Of a DNA stretch of 64,000 nt, positions 1-14,500 are shown in pieces. The DNA is from Bugula neritina. Its lineage: Eukaryota; Animalia; Bryozoa. The position numbers and the translations under genes were made by a program. The stretch lies in contig OZ037771.1 in the NCBI GenBank assembly GCA_964035545.1, positions 3,297,628 to 3,361,627 of the forward strand, given 5' to 3'. Below the pieces are notes generated by a model. The model had not been told where the DNA came from. It saw only the letters and a list, made by a program, of their open reading frames with translations, and did not search any database. Each line of letters starts with the position of its first letter. The first letter of the stretch is position 1.

Positions 1-138
1 TGTACAAGATTTATCAAGTTAGTAAGTTTTTGGTAACAGGTAGAGTACAGAAGCCAAATTGCAGTAAAAACGATTCCTTGTAATATTTTTAAAGTCAAAT
101 TTCTAATTCCTGCCTCATGTGACTATTCCATGACTCAC

Positions 139-2548
139 CCTGCTGGTGAAATGCCGTAAGAAGTTATCCCCCCGACGTGAAAAGCCTTCCACAGATTCCT
201 CCAGTACTCGGCACGACCGAGTGACTTACTGTGAACCAACAGGTCCTTACTAATTCCCCACTCCCAGGTCCAGCACAGGTCTTCCAGGAAGAGATTCTCA
301 TATCCTGGAATAGACACGCCTACTATAGACACACCACTTAGACACGCCTACTGGACAAACACGACTTAGAGACGTCTAAATTTTAAATTCTTAAAGCACA
401 TTGTGATTGTCTTTGCGTGTACCAGCTGAACATGGACACTACTTCACCACACTACAGTATAATATACTATTAGTATTACCACACCACACTACAGTATAAT
501 ATACCATTAGTATAGCCTCACCACACCACAGTATAATATACTATTAGTATTACCTCGCCACACTACAGTATACTATACTATTAGTATTACCTCACCACAC
601 CACAGTATACTATACTATTAGTATTACCTCACCACACTACAGTATAATATACTATTAATATTATCTCACCACACTATTAATATTACCTCACCACACTACA
701 GTATAGTATACTATTAGTATTGCCACACCACACAGGAATAACAGACACCTTTATCTCGAAGGGGTTGCAGTGTTTCCTGTAGAAGTAGCGGAGATTTAGG
801 TGAGCCCTGCGTTGAGAAAGTCTGCTTCGTGTCAATAACTCCACCAAATAATGCCTGCATGTTCTCAAACGTGCGAGACTTGATGCTTTGAAAGAGCGGG
901 TAACTCAGCACCTGAACCAATATACACATCAATTAGATACATCTCAGCAATGCTTTTACAAAACCCAACACCTTCACAGATATGCAGAAATTCTTATTCT
1001 TATTACTTGATCAATACATCTTTTTATAAATGTTGGACAAAAATTTTGTTTTAGTAAACATTCTGATAAAACCAGCTTCAATATTTTTCGTCTAAACCGA
1101 GCAACACATTGGTTTTGATACACCATTTCACCTGAAGTGCGCAATTTCTAATACCTGTTGAACACATATCTCACCTAAATATCTCACCTTTATATCTCAC
1201 CTTTAGATCTCACTATTATATCTCACCATAACATCTCGCCATTGCATCTCACCATTATATCCCACCATTACGTCTCACCCACAGATCTCACCACTATATC
1301 TCACCTTTATATCTGTGGAATGTTGGAGGTTCTTTAGTTTGCCAACAGTTTTTGGCAGACTCCGGTGAAAATGGAAGTAGGAAACTGAGTCTAAGAGCAG
1401 TATATTGATGCTGACACTTGTCCTCTGCTCATTGGTCACATGATCTCTCTTGACAGGCTTGTCAGGTAGTATAAGTAATTGAGTACCTGCAGAGCACCTG
1501 CCAGTCCAACAAACATCACAATTAGTATGTTAAGACTTATCTCAAGATTGAATATTATATCTTCACACCTCATATATACATAGTTCAACAACTATATATT
1601 AATATTATACCCTCACACCTTATATATACATAGTTTGAATGACCTCCCTGGTCAATAAGCTGTCGAATAGCCTGGCTAAGTCTGTCTGATGATTGGTGCT
1701 CTCTCCAGATCATACGACCAGTTGCTATATTTAGATAGCCAGATTTCACACGACCTTGACAACTCACTAGGTCACATTTGACATCCTAAATATACAAACA
1801 ATATGACAAGTTGAAATGGCTTGGCAGTACAATGGTAAATATATAAAATCGGCTGCTTTTATACTCTGCCACTTAGCTGGCAAATATAGGCTACATTACT
1901 TTAAATCAACGTGAATAACTTTTTGGCTGGAGCTTGATTAAGATGCCAGTTAGATTGGGAAAAGCATGAATAATGAGTATTTTGTAGCATAAACATAGTT
2001 TACACTCCATCTTTGTTCTATCAGGTAACTGCAGTGTTACAAGGGTACACAAACCTTAGCAACAAGACTGCAGTAGAAGACTTTTTCTGACTTATCACAC
2101 TGTGTAACTTCGCCAGAGAAAATAGACTTGGTGAGTTTGCAAGAATCTTCTAGAGGGAACTTAAATTCACACGCCAAACCTCTCAGGTTCCCAGCATTTA
2201 AATACGGGAGGTCAATACCGCAAGCTGTTCTAGATTCTTCCTTAGATTTCTGTAACAACGAAAAATACTATTACGGCATCAATAATATTTTAATGGTTCA
2301 TGATATTTCTATATTACATTATAAATAAATAATACCTGCGATAACTCTTTCTTGTTATTTGATTTTGGTTTCTCTTTGGAGATTTTTCCTTTGCTAGAAA
2401 CAACCGGAAGCTGAATATTCAACCAGGTGAAGAAGATGATAGCTATCAGAGTGAAAACTAAAATACTCTTGAACCGAACCCGAGAATACATCACAGAAAG
2501 TGAATCCATTAGGTTTTTGAACAAAGTAACTGCTACATCTTTTCTCAT
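139..2548 (-). CDS. DUF229-family (alkaline phosphatase/sulfatase-like superfamily) type II membrane protein, multi-exon, 3' end off the left edge
   Basis: N-terminal TM segment (ILVFTLIAIIFFTWL). Exons at about 2548-2336, 2250-2056, 1786-1645, 1487-1305, 912-749 and 304-139. The 1305-1487 exon encodes INILLLDSVSYFHFHRSLPKTV, and later exons encode RTFENMQALF and GYENLFLED, matching the DUF229 pattern as I recall it. Confidence 0.75.
447..718. repeat. Intronic minisatellite, ~37-bp unit, ~7 copies
   Basis: Repeats of cacactacagtataatatactattagtattacctcac. Confidence 0.9.
1167..1313. repeat. 13-bp tandem repeat (~11 degenerate copies) built from a splice-donor junction
   Basis: Unit atctcacctttat, which reads ATAAAG|GTGAGAT on the minus strand; the first copy in transcript order is the real exon/intron junction. 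Confidence 0.85.
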
Positions 2549-4089
2549 CGGTTGATATCACACACACCTCATAGCTCTGTAAATAGAAAACAACAAGTGT
2601 GAATTCAAATTTAAATTATCTAGAATTGTTTATAAGAGTTTAGATAAGCTACACAAATGAAAATTTTTATCAAATTACAGTTCCCCACCACTTACTGGCG
2701 TGAATGTTTAATTGTAATGTACTACAGACCAATCAATTAGAAGATGTTAAATTTTTTTTAAAGAAGTAATTGGTAATAATAAAAACAAGAAATTCATTTT
2801 TATTTTAGAAAATTGAAAAATTTAAATTAATGTCACTTACATTGAGTGTTGCATAATAAATTAATTATAATATAAATTTAAATATTATTACTTAAACTAT
2901 CACTATTAGTATTACTGTCAGAAAAACTATTAATTTGATTATTATGACAAAATATATAAACTATCACTGTCCCATTTAATTTTACTCTCAGTCTCAGTGG
3001 CTACCAAAAACTTTTTTTGATTCTCAAAATGACAGTCACTTCTTTCACTGTTACTGCTCATGGTTAGTGTCACTACCAGTACCATCTATGATCTATCAGT
3101 CACTCAAACTGTAAAATTTTAAGAGTAAGTGACTGTGGGTATCAGTATTACTATGAGCACGGGTATGAGATTGAATACCTGACCGACTATCAACTATTAC
3201 TATATGTATCAGTATTAGAGTATCACTTTGAGTATGTCTATATTTATTTTATTCAAAATCAATGGCAATATGATATTATTGAATATAATATAAATATATG
3301 AATATGAATATCAAATTCAATATAATATTATAAATATAATTAATAATTAATACTATTAGTATTACTAATAGTAATACTTTACTAATACTAATACTAATAG
3401 TAATACTATCATAATCAACTTGATCTTGCAAATAATCAATAATCATCAAATGATGATCATAATGATAATGATACCGGCCCTTTACTGGTAATGAAATATT
3501 TTTATTTTATAACATTAAATGTCAATTGCCATTCACTTCATCGTGATTAATTATCATTTAATTGAATAACAATATTATACATAATTTAGTTTAGAGCCAA
3601 AGTGAAAGTATACAATTTCTCACAATTTAAATTTCTGTGAGAGAATAAAATTGAATCACTGAACTAGAAATAATAATTTTCCAGTTCAATGGAATAAATC
3701 ATGTTAGTGACCTGTGCTCTATGATAAAGCTTCAGTCTTATCAGTCTTGCGTTATTATTATATGGGTTTATTTCTTATGATTACCTCATCTGTAAATCAC
3801 AGGCTATAATAAAGTTTTTGCGTTTCATAGTCTGAGAAACTACCAACATGTATTTTTACTGATCAATTTCACAAAACTTTATGCCCTTTGGTGTAGAAAA
3901 CAATTTCCGCATGTAACTGTGCAAGAGGTGTGTCAAGCTTGCAGAATGATCAATGTTGCGAACACTCCAACTTATCGCTTATCAGTAACTCAAACTATTA
4001 AAAGTAATCAAACATTGTTATCACGATTGCTCTCTTGACGTTACTATTGTTTGATAAACAATTAATAGAATTTGACAGATTCAATAATT

Positions 4090-6981
4090 ATGTCTCATTA
4101 TATTGGTGTTGACGTAGGAACTGGCAGTGTCCGAGCTGCAGTTCTCAAAAAGGAAGAAGGTGGTTTGGTGAAACTACTGTCTACCAGCGTTAAATCAATA
4201 ACAATTTATAATGATTGTGCTAATAATTTTGAGCAATCAAGTCAAGAAATATGGGCTGCAGTTGTTTTTACTATAACTCAAGTTATAAAAACATCTTCGA
4301 TTTCACCTCACAATGTAAAAGGCATTGGCTTTGATGCAACTTGTTCGCTTGTTGCTTTAAACAAAAACTTTGATCCTATAAGCATATCACCTTTGCAGAA
4401 AGACAACAATGAAAAAAGTAAAAGAGATGATTGCAGGTAAAATTCAAAGCTGTTAAGATTATAATGTTTGGTATAAATATCCAAATGTTTGCTTTCAGTT
4501 TCTGATTAGTTTTTGTGATAAAACTGAACGCATTTTTCTTTGATTACTTTATGTTTAAATGACTGAAACTAAGTCTTTATTTGTTTCAGAATAATTAAAC
4601 TTAAAGGAAAAAATATGCCATCATTCGAAACTTTCCAAACACAAGTGAAAACTTCAATTTTTTAGAAACATTATTATGTGGATGGATCACCGGGCTACAC
4701 AGGAAACAGAACTTATTAATCAGACTAACCACTCACTTCTTCAATTTGTTGGTGGGGCAATTTCTGTTGAGATGGAGATGCCAAAAGTTTTATGGCTCAA
4801 AAAGGTCAGATTTAAAGATGCCAAAAATTTGAATTTTGTATTGATAGTTATAGGGACATGGTTCTACGTATTTATAATTACTATTAATTTTTTCATTTTT
4901 ATTTACTCATATTTTTATAATATGTCAATTTTAATTAGAATCTACCTGAGCAGTGGAACAATATTGGTGCCCTGATGGATCTACCAGACTTTTTAACATA
5001 CAAAGCGACTGGTGCTGCAAGCAGGTATAGAAAATAAATCATAATAATCATACCACTTTAATTTATCGTTAGTTGAAGGCTGATTACTAACTACTTGATG
5101 AAGTGCTATTTTATTCAAGGCTCATTGTAAAATTTTAGAATTATTTCTTACAAAGTAGTATCTATTTTAAGACTTATTGATCAATTATTATCCATTGCAC
5201 TATTTAGAGGTCTTGGTGTGTTCTGTAGATCTCTCTGCTCACTCGTGTGCAAATGGGCGTATGATGCTAGTAAAGGCAGTCTCACTGATCACCATTGGAA
5301 TGACGAGTTTCTAACTCAAGTAGGCCTTGCTGATCTGATCAAAAATAATCACGCTAAACTCGGGGAGGAAGTGGAAGCACCAGGAGAGGTCTGAGACTAT
5401 ATTTATCATTTTCTTACAAGTTCCACGCCGAATCATATACTGTTGTAGGATGAATACACAACGCTGTTGTAATACATGAGTATGAAGAAGACTGCAATTT
5501 TAATTTTACTTAAAAATTTGTATTTACTGTTCTGATTTGTTGATAGGCAGTTGGGAATGGTTTAAGCGTATCGGCAGCAGAAGAACTTGGCTTGCTGCCG
5601 GGAACTCCCGTTGGAACTTCACTCATAGATGCACATGCCGGCGGTAACTGTTCAGTCAGAGTTGTCTTACCATGTCAATGAGAGTTTATATCTGATCTAT
5701 AATAGTTATACTCTTGTGTAAAACCTTTTTCTGTTCTAGGAATTGGAATGCTGATTTGCAAACCTAAAGATTTATCCTCGTGTAGCATCAGTGTAGAGAA
5801 CAAGCTCGGCCTGATATGCGGCACTTCCTCTTGTCACATGGCCGTCAGCAAACATCCTGCGTACATTCCGGGAGTCTGGGGGCCGTACTTCTCCGCCATG
5901 GTGCCCGGTGAGGTCATTGTTTCTAGAGTATGATGGATAAAATGTAGTTTCTAGAATTTATAATAATAAAGTTTTATATTTAGTATGTTATATTTCATGT
6001 GCAAACTGCATTCTACTTGATGTATATGCTGTAATACAAATTAGTTTTAAATTTATGTAAAACAACATTCAAGGATAAACATAATCAGTTAGTATAATAG
6101 TAACTTGCAACAGAGCTAGTTGGTGATGGTATAAGTGAAAACACTTTAATCTTACTTAATTTATATTATTTAAATTCATCGTTATTATTACACCATTATT
6201 TACTGGTTTTTATGTTAACAAAATATTTTGAATAATAATAGCTATAATTATAAACTACTAAATATAGTGTGGAGTATAATGTTCATTTTCTCACAATATC
6301 CTTGCAGGAATGTGGTTGAATGAAGGAGGGCAGAGTGCAACTGGAAAGTTGATAGATCACATTCTCGAAACACATCCTGCCTACTCTACTCTGAAAGAGT
6401 GTGGAGAGTCTTTCTCTACCCTCAGTACACTTATAGAACAGCTGGCTATGGCCAAAGGAGTTCCTGAATATAAACTAACTAAAGATCTGCACGTTTATCC
6501 TGATTTTCACGGGAATCGTTCCCCCCTGGCTAACCCCAACATGAAGGGAATGATCTGTGGCCTCACTCTGGACACTAGTCTCAACAGCCTGGCAGTTTTA
6601 TATCTGGCGACACTCCAAAGTCTTATCTACGGAGCTAAGAACATTCTAGAAGAAATGGAGGTCAAAGGTTATGATATTTCTACTGTATACATGTGTGGTG
6701 GGCTAACCAAGAATCAGCTGTTTGTACAGATGACAGCGGACATATTGAATAAGCCAGTGGTGATATCGGACGAGCAAGAGTCAGTGCTAGTAGGTGCGGC
6801 GTTGCTGGGTATGTGTGCGTCTGAGCGGAAATCGTTGACTGAGATCCTGGAGGTTGTTCATTGTGGTGGGACGGTCTATGAACCCGATGTTGGCTCTCAA
6901 CCTTACCATTGTAAGAAGTACCTGGTGTTCAAGAGGATGTGTAATGATCAGCTAACCTATACTGAAATGATGAACAGCTGA
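4090..6981 (+). CDS. FGGY: FGGY carbohydrate kinase (ribulo-/ribitol kinase-like), multi-exon
   Basis: Motifs [74 protein letters not shown] and CGGLTKN across GT-AG exons. Confidence 0.95.
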
Positions 6982-7480
6982 GTACTCTAGTGGGAGTTGT
7001 GCTCTTAATAGTCATCCGGACCTCGGCTACACGAATAAGAACACGAGTGCAATACATTACTTTCCTCATCGAATTTTGTTAACTTTCATTTCTATTTAGA
7101 ATTATTTTATGCAAAAACAGTTGTTTGACTTACAACTCTGTTTTCTATTACTTTACAGCATAATTATATAAGCTAATATTATTTAGCATAACAGTTCTAT
7201 GACGCATTTAATTATATAGGCTAATATTATATGTTTTTAATATTTTATTCTAACATTTATGTGAAAGAAGCAAAATATTTTAAATAGTAAATGACGTAGC
7301 TTTACACAATGTCAAGTAAAAGTGTATCCACTAGTTAAACAAAGCACTTACATTCTTCAGCCTTGGAGTGACTTGCCATGTATGAACTATTATTACAGCA
7401 TTGCGTGCTATACTCACTCATACTCATGTTATATTTGCTGGCTAAAACACATCTATAGAAATAAATTAGGTTCAACAATT

Positions 7481-9031
7481 TTATTTAATGAATGGTCGTC
7501 TAGGAAATCTTATAAGGGAAGTCTTAGGTTTAAAGTATTTAACAAATAAAAATGCTGTCACTGCAACCAAGGAGCTGGCTAAGACTATCTTTCCCCAGCT
7601 GTAAGTAGTGCTGCTCTGTTGCTCGTTACACTGACTGCCATCTGCTGTCTGTTGGAACGTTTTTGTGTCTTCAAGGAGTTTAGTCAAGTCATAAGATGTC
7701 TTTTTCTCTTGTACTTCATTTTTCTTTGGTGACTTGAAATTTGTTATTTCCTTATCAAACTGAACTTTTCTTGAACTCTGTGGGTGAGGGTGTAGCTTAG
7801 TTGATCTCTCCGCTGCTTTTAGCTCTTCTGCAAAGTAAACAGATGCATGCAATAAATGTAAATATGGTTTAATTTCTACAATTCTCATTTATAGCGAGTT
7901 GACTGCACTATCAATCGAGTGTTGTAGGCGCTAATTCATAACTTTTTTCTATTCAAATGTTGCAACAGTCACCAACACAGAAATATGGACAACCAACCCC
8001 CCCCCCCCCCCAACAATATAACTTAATTTCACTTTACGTAGTCAAAGATAAGATTGTATTAAATTCCAATAATTAACTTGCCTAACAATATCACCAGCTC
8101 AAAAACACTACATGAGTATCTTATATTATGATTTTACTAGAAAGATTCTGAAAATTCTGACATGCTGGAATTATTATTATTAAGTCACAGCTAGAAGTTA
8201 TTTGCATGCAAATCTATATGTATGCTATGGGCAGTTCAATTTAACTAGCAGTCAAAAATCATAGTATATAATATTGCACGCAGGTGGAGTATTTAGACAT
8301 ACTAAAAAGTAGCATACCTTGTGTAAGATCCGTTTGTGAAGAGGATTTCACTAATTCATTATTAACATAAGTTAACCGACCATGCTGCAATAGATAAAGT
8401 TACACAGTCACGTGTCAATCTGAGACAATGTATGAGCCAATAGAAGGCTAGAAGCATGCAAAGTAGCTAACAGTTTTCCAGCTGGAAAAAGCTTCTTTGG
8501 CTAGCTGTGGGTAATTAATTTATTATACAAAGAGTCAGTTTGTATCAAATGCATGAAATGAAAAAAGCAAACTGTAAAAAATACGTAGAACACCTGCATG
8601 CTATGACTGGAAACTTTGCAATGGAAGAACCGATTGCTGTTACCGCAAAGCATGTGCAATAGTGCAATGTGCAAAGGTACAGAAATTTTCATAGCCCAAA
8701 TTCTTTAATATTTGTAATAAATTTTGGTTTAGAACGAAAAGAACATCACTTATTTTGCTACATTTCTAATCAAGAACACAGGCTTTTCTCAATTTCTCCA
8801 TTACCACACCTATAGCTTGTTTGTATGGTGCATAGATTTAGGTGTAGATTGTGTCAGTCTTACCACAGTATCAACTTCTCTCACCAACTTCTTACGGTCT
8901 GTTTTGCTGTAGTCGTATGACACCAGATGCTTTGCACCCTCATTGTACCATTCTTTAGACATGAAGTTATGCCCCGCCTCCTTATCTCCCTCACATCCTG
9001 TTGCTGGGGCGGAGTTTGTATGTTGAGCCAT
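7481..9031 (-). CDS. Uncharacterised ~193-aa protein with a C-terminal TM anchor and basic tail (tail-anchored)
   Basis: Three exons, 9031-8864, 8384-8318 and 7827-7481, join in frame (phases 0 and 1); C-terminus IVLASSLVAVTAFLFV-KYFKPKTSLIRFPRRPFIK. Confidence 0.7.
8691..8810. mobile_element. MITE, truncated copy (one intact TIR)
   Basis: Right TIR ggcttttctcaatttctccattaccacacc followed by TA; internal sequence similar to the copies at 18979 and 22014. Confidence 0.75.
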
Positions 9032-11596
9032 AGTTTATATTTGATGTCACTATATAATTAAACGTTACTTGGTTTGGTGTTACAACTGCTACTCTGTATT
9101 ACAATCAAAAGCTCTAAGTATATGGCAATAATCGTATATAAAAATTCTATGTTGGTTATAAAGCTGATGATGTGGCATAGTTTGTTGAAGCCATGTTGAT
9201 AAGGAAATTCTTTTTGTAAATTTCAACTATTAATTATTCAACAATATAAAAATTATAATAAAATGGGACCAGCTATGTCTTTTTTGGATTTAGCAATGTA
9301 TAAATAAGAGAGAAAACTAATGGGAAAGAAACTATATTAATCCTATATAAACCACTCTGCTATTAGACAAATTATTGGACATGAGAATAAATGTGACTGT
9401 GTGGTCTTTTGACAGTGCACCAAACTAGAAAACATTTTTAGAGGAGATAATCTCAAAAAAATGAAAAAGCGCTTTGAATTTTATTTTTGAATCAAGTCAT
9501 TCAAGTTACTCATGACAAGTAAACAATATAGAGTATGTATAATGTATGTTTTACACTAGAGATCTTATGATCATGCCTCAATACCCTCCCTAACCCCTCT
9601 GATTATTTATATGTTATTGCATACATGTAGTTTAGTAAAGGTCATGGGAAACATACCAGTGTTATGGTTATATGTTAATATTATTACCAGTATGAAAATA
9701 TCAGATAACCATATATTTGCCACAACCGCTATATTCAAAGAGTTAAAAGGGCAATATATCATGCTGTACCGCAAATTCATGCAATCAGTGAGTGACACAG
9801 TTTCAAAAGGGAGCCTCCTGTGAATGTCTGCATACTGTTATTAATTTACATAAAACTTAGTCTATTCCTATAGTCTACTGAAATAATATTGATAGCACAT
9901 GTGTTGCTTTCAGCCTGCAAGTCATTCTGAAAAATCTAAAGACCTCTTTTCTGATGAGTCTGGTATTGTGATGGAAGACATCCATAACTAATAAGCAAAT
10001 GTTCATCTTCACTGATTGCAATATTCACTGCAATCAAGAAATTATCAACAGTTGTTAGTAGTAGATCCATCTTTTCTTCTCTCAAATAATAGTAACATAC
10101 TAAATGATACACAGGTGAATTAGAAACTCTGTTTAAACTCCTGCTTGGTAAAAAATACAGCTGCTAATAGACTCCGTCATAAAAACTGAATCTTAATGAA
10201 AAACTATTTGGCTAGTCATTTAGCAGAAATTATTGACATAAAAATCTTATCATCAAGTAGTTTATCACCTGCACTGCAATCCTTATGTTTGATAGCTGAG
10301 AGAGTGGCTTAAAGTTGCGAAGGTAAATAATATACCCCTGTTGTCTAGCCTGTAAGCTGTAAGGCAACTGTTACGTGCGCATCTGATTGGTTGAGTCTCT
10401 ATTCATATCAAAGTTGTTATTTTGTCGCATGGCCAGTAATTGGCCAGTGTCGCGCTTGAGTAACCACCAATCTGAATTATTCTATTGAGTTCATTGACAC
10501 TGAATTAGAAATAATATCTTTTCCAGTTCATTGCTCATTTACTTCTATTTGGAGATCCAGACAGACAAGGCAGGGTGCGACCAGTTAGCTCATTCTTCAA
10601 CGTAAGTTAAAGTTATGTTGGTGCAGTTATTTTCGTTAAGTTTTAATTGCAAGATAATAGTATAAGGCTTATATAGATCTCGATATGAATATGCATTGAT
10701 TATACCAGTAAAAGATAGCCCGTGAGTGTGTTCTGGTGACAATAATCTGGGTCGGAGATATAAGTATAACTATAAGGTTGACCCCCCCATTTGTAGTACG
10801 TAAATTAAGTTGGCCAAAAAGTGTTCATAATGGATGAACGCATGACATACAGCTTACTATTTTTATTATATTGGATAAGAACTGCAAGACACTACTTGTA
10901 TGAATGTTTATCATAAGTCAATGAGCAGTGGTCGATTCGAAATAATTACTATAGGATGTGGATAGTGGGGTTTGAACCCCTTCAGCATCCCTTCACTTAA
11001 CAGTGTGGAACAAGAAGCACATTACCGTGCAGACCAACCCTGTACAACAGCTTCTACACTTGCTTTATAAGTGCTTATAAAAGTATTAAGAGTCAAGATT
11101 CCATGTGTTTTCCACCCTGGCGCAGATAATAATGTTAGTGGGTCACCAGAAAGAGCTATCGGAGCTGTATAGATTTGATGATCTGTGATTTGAATGTGTA
11201 AATACAGCTGCTCTTTCTATATCAACTGTAAAAGAGGAAAAATACTAAAATAAAACAAACTTTTGAATAGAAAATTTACTTTGAGCAGGTGCAAAATAAG
11301 TTGATATTGGTGACAAGTTGGATTCTTAGTTTGTGCTGTGTAATGCAGTTTTAACTCTGAGGTTATCACTATAGTCGCAAATGTTTGCTTTATTCATTAA
11401 ACACGTAGTGCATTGTGCCACTGCTAGTAGCTAGTAAACTGTGACCAATCAAATCAGCAAACTGTATGAAAGCTGCATGTATGCCCTACTTACATTTGTC
11501 AGCTCTTAGTTAAGAGATTCTCAATTTTTCACACAACCCCTGTGTAACAAACTTTGTGTTTCAGTATTGTAACCTAGGCAGAAAAGCTATCACAAT

Positions 11597-14500
11597 ATGG
11601 CTGAAACAGAATACAAAAATAAAGTTGATGGAATCTTAGCCAATGGATTTGCGTGCCTGGGAATTTCCATGGGTGAGTAGTCATGCTAGGCAGTATCGAT
11701 CTTGCCTCATACTGCAGACTGAATTTAGGTCAACATACAGCGCCAGTGCATGTTTTTATTCAAAGGATTGATGGGAAAGGCTGCATCTTAACTTTATTTA
11801 TTCAGATAAATTGATTTTCAATTAAAATGTTTCTCTTACATATACTTTTAATTTTTTGTTATATATATATATTTATATATGCAGTGTATAACATACTCTA
11901 CCTCTAGGAACGAGACTCGGCCTGTTTGAAGGCCTCTCCAAGTTGGCTCAGTCTCAAGAGACAGCAGTCAGCACACAGACACTGGCTGACAGCATGAACT
12001 TCAAAGAGAGGTGACTGTATAGTATATAATACATGTATATGCTATGACTACGATAGCAAACACTCCATCTACTCCCCCTCTTTCTAAATTTTCATGCACG
12101 TCTTCAGCATACTCGTATAATTATAGATATGCATCATAGATATGCGTAATATATCTAGAATCTAAATAATAGTTCTACGTAATATGTCTAGAATCTAGAT
12201 AATATGATAGTTCTACGTGATCGGACTCTAGAGCATTAGTTACAGATAATGGCATATACTTATAGATATACATGTATAATATATCTAGGGCATTAGTTAC
12301 AGATCATTGATGTGGTAAGGTGGCCTGATTATCTTAGCTATAAATAATATAAAGTGTGTCTTTGTGGTCTGCTCTACTTTTAAATGCTTCAGTGACAGTA
12401 GTATTTATTCATCTTCGTAAGCCTGTGAAGAACTAGGCTATGAAATTGACCTAGATATGCCTGGTGGAAGTCATGCCTGTCGCCTAGAATCTACTACACA
12501 TAGCTTAGCAGAAACTAGTTGATGTTACTGATAAGTTGAGTAACTGATTGCTTGCCCAGGTACATCAGAGAGTGGATAAATGGCATGGCGCTAGCTGGAA
12601 TCCTCAGTCATGAGGAGATAGATGGTGAGGACAGGTACTGGATTGAGCCTCACACCCTCCCTACTCTCCTCGGAGACGACACAACCTGGATTGCTCAGTC
12701 AGCAGAGTTACTCACTGGTGTGGCTGAAAAACAAGTTGCTGTAGAGAAATGTTTTCCAGTTGACGGGCCAAGAGGTACACTTCGCTGTTGTGATACTATT
12801 TAATTTAAGGATCCAAGACTATGCGACATATTTGGCAGAACTTTCTTTCATTAATTAGTATTCCCCGAACTTTCAAATTCCTGCATAATTTCAGTTAAAT
12901 CATTTTTACATGGCCACGTTAAATACAGCTACTTCATTCTGCACGCTCTAAATTTTTATGTTATGCATATAACATGACATTTCTGTAGCAAACAATGAAA
13001 CCAGCGTGTAAACCTGTTACTATGCAATCAAACCTGTGTTCTAAAGATAATTGTGAATTACTTCAATGAGTCTAAACTCAGTACCTAGATATAAGAATCA
13101 TCATAACTCAAATGTATACTTATGGAGTAGACTGTAGAGGTTAGAGCGCTGGTTAGTGAACGGCGACGTCAGTGGTTGATTCCTTGAACATCTGTGATGT
13201 TAGGAAAAGCATCCAGTCCTAATTATGTCACATATGAATAAGTGCTTAGCCCCTTAAAAACCGTTTCCATTAGGGGTTCTCACAGTCCACAGGGATATTA
13301 ACCATAAACTTGTGTAAGTTTATATAAGCCAATTATTTAGCTGCTGCTATTCAAATTATTGTAATCATTTTTAGTGTTTATTTTTGCTAATATCTTGACT
13401 AGTATGTCCACACTATAGCCTAATAATTCATCTCGCAGGTACAAATGTTGACGAATACCCGGTACTACATGAGTTTCTACTGAGAAGGTCCGTCATGTGG
13501 AAGTCACCAGGAATAATTCATAAAGTATTTGAAGATGAAGTCCTTCTATCTAAACTTGGTTAGTGATCGAATTTTATTAGCAAAAAAATTAGTCCTTTTT
13601 TATCGAAAGTGTTAGGTACGAGTACTTTACAAGATTGGTTTCATAAAGCAACAACGTGCTCTTTTATGGTAAATTATCCAACAGGTTCGCAGTTTTAAAT
13701 CGAATCTGACGTTTTAACGTTTGGTTTTTCGTTTGAAACTTTGGTATGATATTCTGACACTTTGGTATGATATTCTGACACTTTACTAAATTATGTGCTT
13801 TTGTAGAGAAAGGTATTAGCGTGGTAGAAGTAGGATGTGGTGCTGCCATACCAACAAAGACTCTTGCTACTCGGTATCCTCAGTGTAAGCTTCTTGCGAC
13901 AGACATATGCGCAGATAATCTGGAAAGAGCTAAGACTACCTGTCAAGGTAAGCGTTATAGTTTGTGCGACACTTGAGCTATCCATCTGCAGCTTGAGCAA
14001 TAATTCTGTTTGCTAGAAATTGATACTTATTAGTAGATCTAGTCTGCTTCATTGCAATCCATGTACTAGATTACAGTGAGATTATGGAACGAGAAATTTC
14101 ATAATATATTCTTGGAACCTTTATCCCTTATATATCATATATTACAGTAGTTCTTATGCAGTCAAACATACTCTACTCTAATCTTGAAAAGTTAGTACTG
14201 GTTCAAGAAATTTCTATTTTTAGTATTTTTGTGTATGATCAAGTCGACTGATTTTAAGCTGTAATAACTGGAAATGTCATATTACAATAATTTCATAACA
14301 TCTGTAGTTCAACATTTTTATAACCAAATTACTCATAATATCCTTTTAAATTTATCAAATTTTGTACAATATTTTGTATGATAATATTGCCAACCCGGAT
14401 AAAAAGTTACAAACTACATCAAGCCACTAATATTTCATTATTAGTGGCTTGAGGTAGTTAATGCTCATAATATTGTGTATTCCTATATTACGTATTATAA

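Noticed and set aside
9402-9417. Selector-like tggtcttttgacagtg (and tttatagaca at 37688)
   Set aside because: Short or gapped match outside the cassette array; compatible with chance
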